From IMG/VR virus record IMGVR_UViG_3300028888_002345: a stretch of 64,000 nt of DNA; one strand, given 5' to 3'. Below, in pieces: positions 60,099-64,000 of this stretch. The stretch's first letter is position 1, and every line of letters starts with the position of its first letter. The DNA is from an uncultured virus (IMG/VR IMGVR_UViG_3300028888_002345). Its lineage: Duplodnaviria; Heunggongvirae; Uroviricota; Caudoviricetes. Both the position numbers and the translations under genes were made by a program. The notes below the pieces were generated by a model. That model made no database searches, was not told the origin of the DNA, and saw only the letters and a list, made by a program, of their open reading frames with translations.

Positions 60099-60122
60099 TA
60101 AACACCCTTCGGGGTGTTTTTT
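60099..60122 (+). terminator. Rho-independent terminator
   Basis: AAACACCC-ttcg-GGGTGTTT followed by a T-run. Confidence 0.75.
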
Positions 60123-60222
60123 ATTTAACTACAATTAAAGTCCTCTAACTTTGCCGGCGCGATAATGTTCCACCTGCGCCGAAAAATCCTCCACTTGTCA
60201 ATAGGTAATTTTCACAAATAAA

Positions 60223-60606
60223 ATGTTAAATTTTTAACAATCTTCCTTTTTCCCGAAATTTTATTATGCAATAGTAACAAAAAAAGGTTTACATAATATT
60301 TATTTTTTGTACAATAGTACTAAATTTATAAAAAGTCAATAGACAAAATGAACAAAAAAATATTGTTAAATTTTTAACAATGCCGTTAAAAATTTAACAA
60401 TCCTCTCCGCTTTAGCACTGTAAAGCGTTACGCTTTAGTGTATTGAAGTCAGCAAGAGTAACGATCAAAAGAAAAGAGAGTATATGGTCTATATGGCTAG
60501 TTGGAATGGTTAAAGCATATGTACGCGGCAGCTGGTCAAAGAAGAAATGACTAACTATATGGATTTTTAATCTAGTTAAAGGGAAGGATTGTTAAAATTT
60601 TAACAA
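60223..60606. promoter_or_regulatory. Second cluster of four Rex-operator-like palindromes
   Basis: Copies start at 60223, 60363, 60383 and 60589. Confidence 0.65.
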
Positions 60607-60738
60607 TAATGCTTAACGGTAGATTTTTAAATTGCTATAAGGAATATTAGACTGGTCCTGTGCACCGCATCACTACAATTTTTATAATTTTCCACATTTT
60701 CCACAATTTTACTATTTTTCCAAAGCCTTTGATTTATT

Positions 60739-60963
60739 TTACCAATAATATATATCCTATTTATAACGAGAAGGTATTATTCCTTTTTCTCTTCTTTCTT
60801 CCAATACTTCTAAAACCTTATTAAACATTTCTTTTGTCTCTTCTATCCCTGCTTCTTCTCTATTCTATTTCATTCTTTTCATAAGCTAATAATAAGACTA
60901 ACCTTCATTTTCGTAATTTTCTATAATCTGCTTTCTCCAGTTATCAGTCATTGTTATACTCAT
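60739..60963 (-). CDS. Hypothetical protein (74 aa, 4 TAG)
   Basis: AGGAGG RBS; MSITMTDNWRKQIIENYENEG*SYY*LMKRMK*NREE... Confidence 0.6.
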
Positions 60964-61051
60964 TTTGTTCCTCCTTTTCCATATGCATCTATTTTCCGGA
61001 TATATTGCATCAAATGCCCAATCAAAACTTCACTCACCAAAATCGCACAGC

Positions 61052-61218
61052 CTATTAAGATAAAACTATTAGGAAGAATTATTCTATTAGGACTATTAGG
61101 AAGTGATGATAAAACATCCATTTTTAAGATAATGGATGATGATAAAACATCTTACTATCTTAAAATGGATAATGATAAAATATCTTGTTATCTTAAAATG
61201 GATAATGATAAAATATCC
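61052..61218. repeat. Iteron-like tandem repeats (33-bp units plus CTATTAGGA units)
   Basis: ATGGAT(G/A)ATGATAAAA(C/T)ATC units at 61132, 61165 and 61198, partial at ~61102; CTATTA(G/A)GA four times within 61052-61101. Confidence 0.7.
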
Positions 61219-61229
61219 ACACAAGCAAA

Positions 61230-61964
61230 TCAATCTATAGATAAAAGTTTTACAATATTTTTACTCTATAAAGAAAGATTATTTACCAACTCTTCTTCTA
61301 TGACTTTAGGTAATCTCTTTCCTACAACATTAATTAATTGAAACTATTCTACTGGTCTATTTGTAGCATTTCCTGGTATTTTTACCCATACTTTTTTATA
61401 CTCTATAAATTTCATTACAGATAAAGCAGATAAAGCTACTTTAATAAGATCATTTACTCTACTATTTGCTGATTTAGAATAACCTAACATCTAACGAAGC
61501 TCAGTTAAAGTAAAAGTATAATCTGTTTTAAATTTATATTTATCAGCTAAATAAAAATAAATTTTTATAACAAAAGGATTAGACACAGTACAAAGATAAG
61601 CTAAAACATCTACTGATACAATATAATAATTCTCATTATAATTATATGGAAAAGTATATTCTTTAGCTTGCTCATCATATTTTATATAACCAGCGTCAAT
61701 AAGCTTTTGTACTCTTTCTCCTACTTGTCTTGCCGTTTTACCTATAACCTTCTTTATTATTGGTCTAAGTTTTTTATATTTAGACTAAGAAAGATATAAA
61801 AAAGACTGAGAACCATCTTTTTTCTATCCAGGCTTTATTCTTGCTGTAGCACCAACTAACATAAAAGAATAAACAATACTATCAAGATGATAATCAAACC
61901 AATCTGATTCTAATGAAATTCTTCTTGTTGCAGATGACTATTTTTTTACAACAATAGTCTACAT
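61230..61964 (-). CDS. Replication-initiator-like winged-helix protein (244 aa, 7 TAG including codon 2)
   Basis: AGGAG RBS; M*TIVVKK*...VQKLIDAGYI...KIYFYL...FTLTELR*MLGY; resembles Rep_3-type initiators. Confidence 0.5.
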
Positions 61965-62064
61965 TTCTTCTCTCCTTGTAAAATGTAAAAAGGTTTCCCC
62001 TTTTTTCAAATCAAAATCATTTTAAAATTAAATCTACCCCGAATAAAAATAGAACATACCTCTA

Positions 62065-62247
62065 TTAAAATCCCAGGTTTTTAAGATACTAATCAAGTAC
62101 CCCTATATATTGATCTGGAAGTTTCCTTACACCCCCAGTAAAAGAATAAAAAGTAGTATATGGAATATCACATTTATTACACATAGTCTTATAAGAAATT
62201 CCAATCTACTCCTTACATTTTTTAACTCTTTTCAATAACTCTTCCAT
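62065..62247 (-). CDS. Small HTH (Cro/XRE-like) protein (2 TAG)
   Basis: GISYKTMCNKCDIPYTTFYSF..G; GAGG RBS. Confidence 0.6.
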
Positions 62248-62311
62248 AATTACCTCGTCTGTAATTTTTTTATTTCATACATATGTAAAAAATAATTCAT
62301 ACAATTTTATT

Positions 62312-62563
62312 TTACTAGTCCAAAACTTTCTAATTTTTACTCGATTCTTTTTCAAAATCTTTCATAGCCTCTATAACCTTCTCCATACCCCTCTTATTGC
62401 ATAAATCAATAGTCTCACTAATTACATCAACACTATACCCCTCTTTAAAAATCCCCTAAACATAAATCATACTAATTACTAATTCCAATTCACTCAATAG
62501 CTCAGTAAGACTACCCCTTACAATATTCTTATATTTCTCATTTTCTTTACTTATATTAATCAC
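62312..62563 (-). CDS. Hypothetical protein (TAG read-through)
   Basis: GTG start overlaps the upstream TGA; ends TAG-TAA. Confidence 0.35.
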
Positions 62564-62802
62564 GCGGGCGCCGGTCCTTCCTGGATTTTATCTAAATCCT
62601 TCTCTTCTTCGTTACTAGATTCTGCGGGGTTTAAACGGGCTCCCGCGTTACTTTTATACTTTTCTTCTATTGGTCTCTCCCACCCCGGTTTTGTTAACCA
62701 ATTACAAACACCTCGTTTATCAATAACTACTAATCTATTTAAACAAAAACCACTTTTACTACAATAACCGCAGTTTTTGACCTAACATATAACATTTTGC
62801 AT
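62560..62802 (-). CDS. Cys-rich small protein (1 TAG)
   Basis: MQNVIC*VKNCGYCSKSGFC...GVC; GAGG RBS; upstream TTGACA promoter. Confidence 0.55.
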
Positions 62803-62987
62803 TTTAATTCCTCTTTTCTCTATTGTAATTATATTATATCAAAAATTTCATCGTTTGTCAATCTTTTGATTTTTTAAAAAATTTTTATTATAATATATAT
62901 ATACGGAAAAAGTAAAAAACGCTTTTTCGACTTCCAGCAAAAAACCAGAAAAAAGTCTTTATTTTTAAAAGAAAGGGGAAATGAAAC

Positions 62988-63182
62988 ATGCATGAACATA
63001 AAATAGACAAGAAAAAAATTCTTTTTTGGCTTGGTTTAATTTTTTCAGTTATCGCCTTTTATGTGGCAGGAGGTTTTCTAGTTTCTTTTGTTTTTAGACT
63101 TTTATTTCTAGAAGGTTTGGCTATTTTTATTTTAACAACTATTCTTGTAACTACATTAATTCTTGTTTTTGAAACTATTTAA
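62988..63182 (+). CDS. Small membrane protein
   Basis: Two TM segments; RBS. Confidence 0.65.
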   Translation: MHEHKIDKKKILFWLGLIFSVIAFYVAGGFLVSFVFRLLFLEGLAIFILTTILVTTLILVFETI

Positions 63183-63193
63183 AGGAGGATAAT

Positions 63194-63760
63194 ATGGGCG
63201 CTGATATTCATGTTAGAATTTGTAAATATGATTCAAAAACTAATCTTTATAAAGAACTCGCTATTTATAGACTTCGAGAAGAAGATGAGAAATATAAATA
63301 TGATTATAACGAGGAAAAAAATATTTGGGAGAAAGAAGAAATTACAAACCCCTATATTAAAATTTCTCCTTATGACGCTAGAAATTATGAGATGTTTGAT
63401 GGGATGAAGCATGGAAATGAAACTGATGGATATGGATATTTTCCATGTACCTCTATTGCTTTAAATTCTCTTGAGCCTTCTCTTAGAAAAGATATTGAAG
63501 ATAAGATGAATATGAAAGAAAGCTACTACGATTTTTATGAAACTTCTTTCGCAGATGTAGAAGCTTATCTTTATAAATATCCGACTGTTGTAGACTATGA
63601 TTTAGAATGGGAAGAAGGGGAAATTAAACCTTGTAAAGATAATCCTATTAGGGAATTTTATCAAAAATGTTTAGATTATACCTACTTTGCAGAAAGATTT
63701 GGTATATATGCTGAACAGCCTTTTTCTCAGTATAAAATTCTTTTTTGGTTTAGCTGTTAA
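63194..63760 (+). CDS. Hypothetical protein
   Basis: AGGAGG RBS; MGADIH...RNYEMF...ILFWF. Confidence 0.75.
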   Translation: MGADIHVRICKYDSKTNLYKELAIYRLREEDEKYKYDYNEEKNIWEKEEITNPYIKISPYDARNYEMFDGMKHGNETDGYGYFPCTSIALNSLEPSLRKDIEDKMNMKESYYDFYETSFADVEAYLYKYPTVVDYDLEWEEGEIKPCKDNPIREFYQKCLDYTYFAERFGIYAEQPFSQYKILFWFSC

Positions 63761-63855
63761 ACAAAATTATATAAGAGAGGATAAATATCCTCTCTTTATT
63801 TTTTTATAAATTTTTGATATAATAAATATATAATAAAAGGAAAGGAGTGTTTTTA

Positions 63856-64000
63856 ATGTTAAAATATGAAAAACAAGACGAAGAAGAAATAAAAAAACTA
63901 AAAAAATTTAAAAAAAACTATCTTAAACTTAAAAATTTTAACCTTTCCGAAGAAGAAAAAGTTAAAAGATTTTTGAAAGTTATGAGAGGAGAAGAGTGTC
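63856..64000 (+). CDS. Hypothetical protein (truncated by window end)
   Basis: Promoter and AAGGAG RBS; MLKYEKQDEEE... Confidence 0.55.
   Translation, partial: MLKYEKQDEEEIKKLKKFKKNYLKLKNFNLSEEEKVKRFLKVMRGEEC

Noticed and set aside
61132..61341. ORF MDDDKTSYYLKMDNDK...
   Set aside because: By-product of the 33-bp repeat, lacks an RBS and overlaps the minus-strand Rep-like gene
1..64000. G->T damage or sequencing artefact turning GAG into TAG
   Set aside because: The more common GAA would then give in-frame TAA, which was not seen. TAGs are also absent from specific genes and occur on both strands

Overview
This window is part of a large, AT-rich tailed phage genome. The layout is siphovirus-like, and AGGAGG RBSs, extended -10 promoters and Clostridia-type Rex boxes point to a Firmicutes/Clostridia host. 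From 1 to 43.5 kb the minus strand carries the late module: putative regulator, terminase, endonuclease, portal, protease/scaffold, capsid, neck, tail tube, ~2970-aa tape measure, tail/baseplate proteins, holin-like gene, RuvC and a GT2 glycosyltransferase. The ORF track fragments these genes because they are full of in-frame TAG codons. Reading through TAG restores long, tightly packed genes that end in TAA or TGA. At diagnostic positions (terminase Walker B, terminase REY, endonuclease IEYxG) the TAG falls where Glu is expected, not Gln. This suggests UAG->Glu recoding rather than the known phage code 15 (UAG->Gln). From 43.6 to 60.1 kb the plus strand carries small early genes that are almost TAG-free and mostly have their own sigma70-type promoter. 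That region also holds a tRNA-Lys, several candidate small RNAs, a repeated divergent-promoter cassette and ~16 copies of a palindrome matching the clostridial Rex operator. From 60.7 to 62.8 kb there are TAG-containing minus-strand genes, including a Rep-like protein beside iteron-like repeats. No amber-suppressor tRNA or translation factor was seen in this window. Translation was by hand: long genes were checked for frame and spot-translated rather than read in full, and product names rest on recalled motifs and synteny, not database searches.
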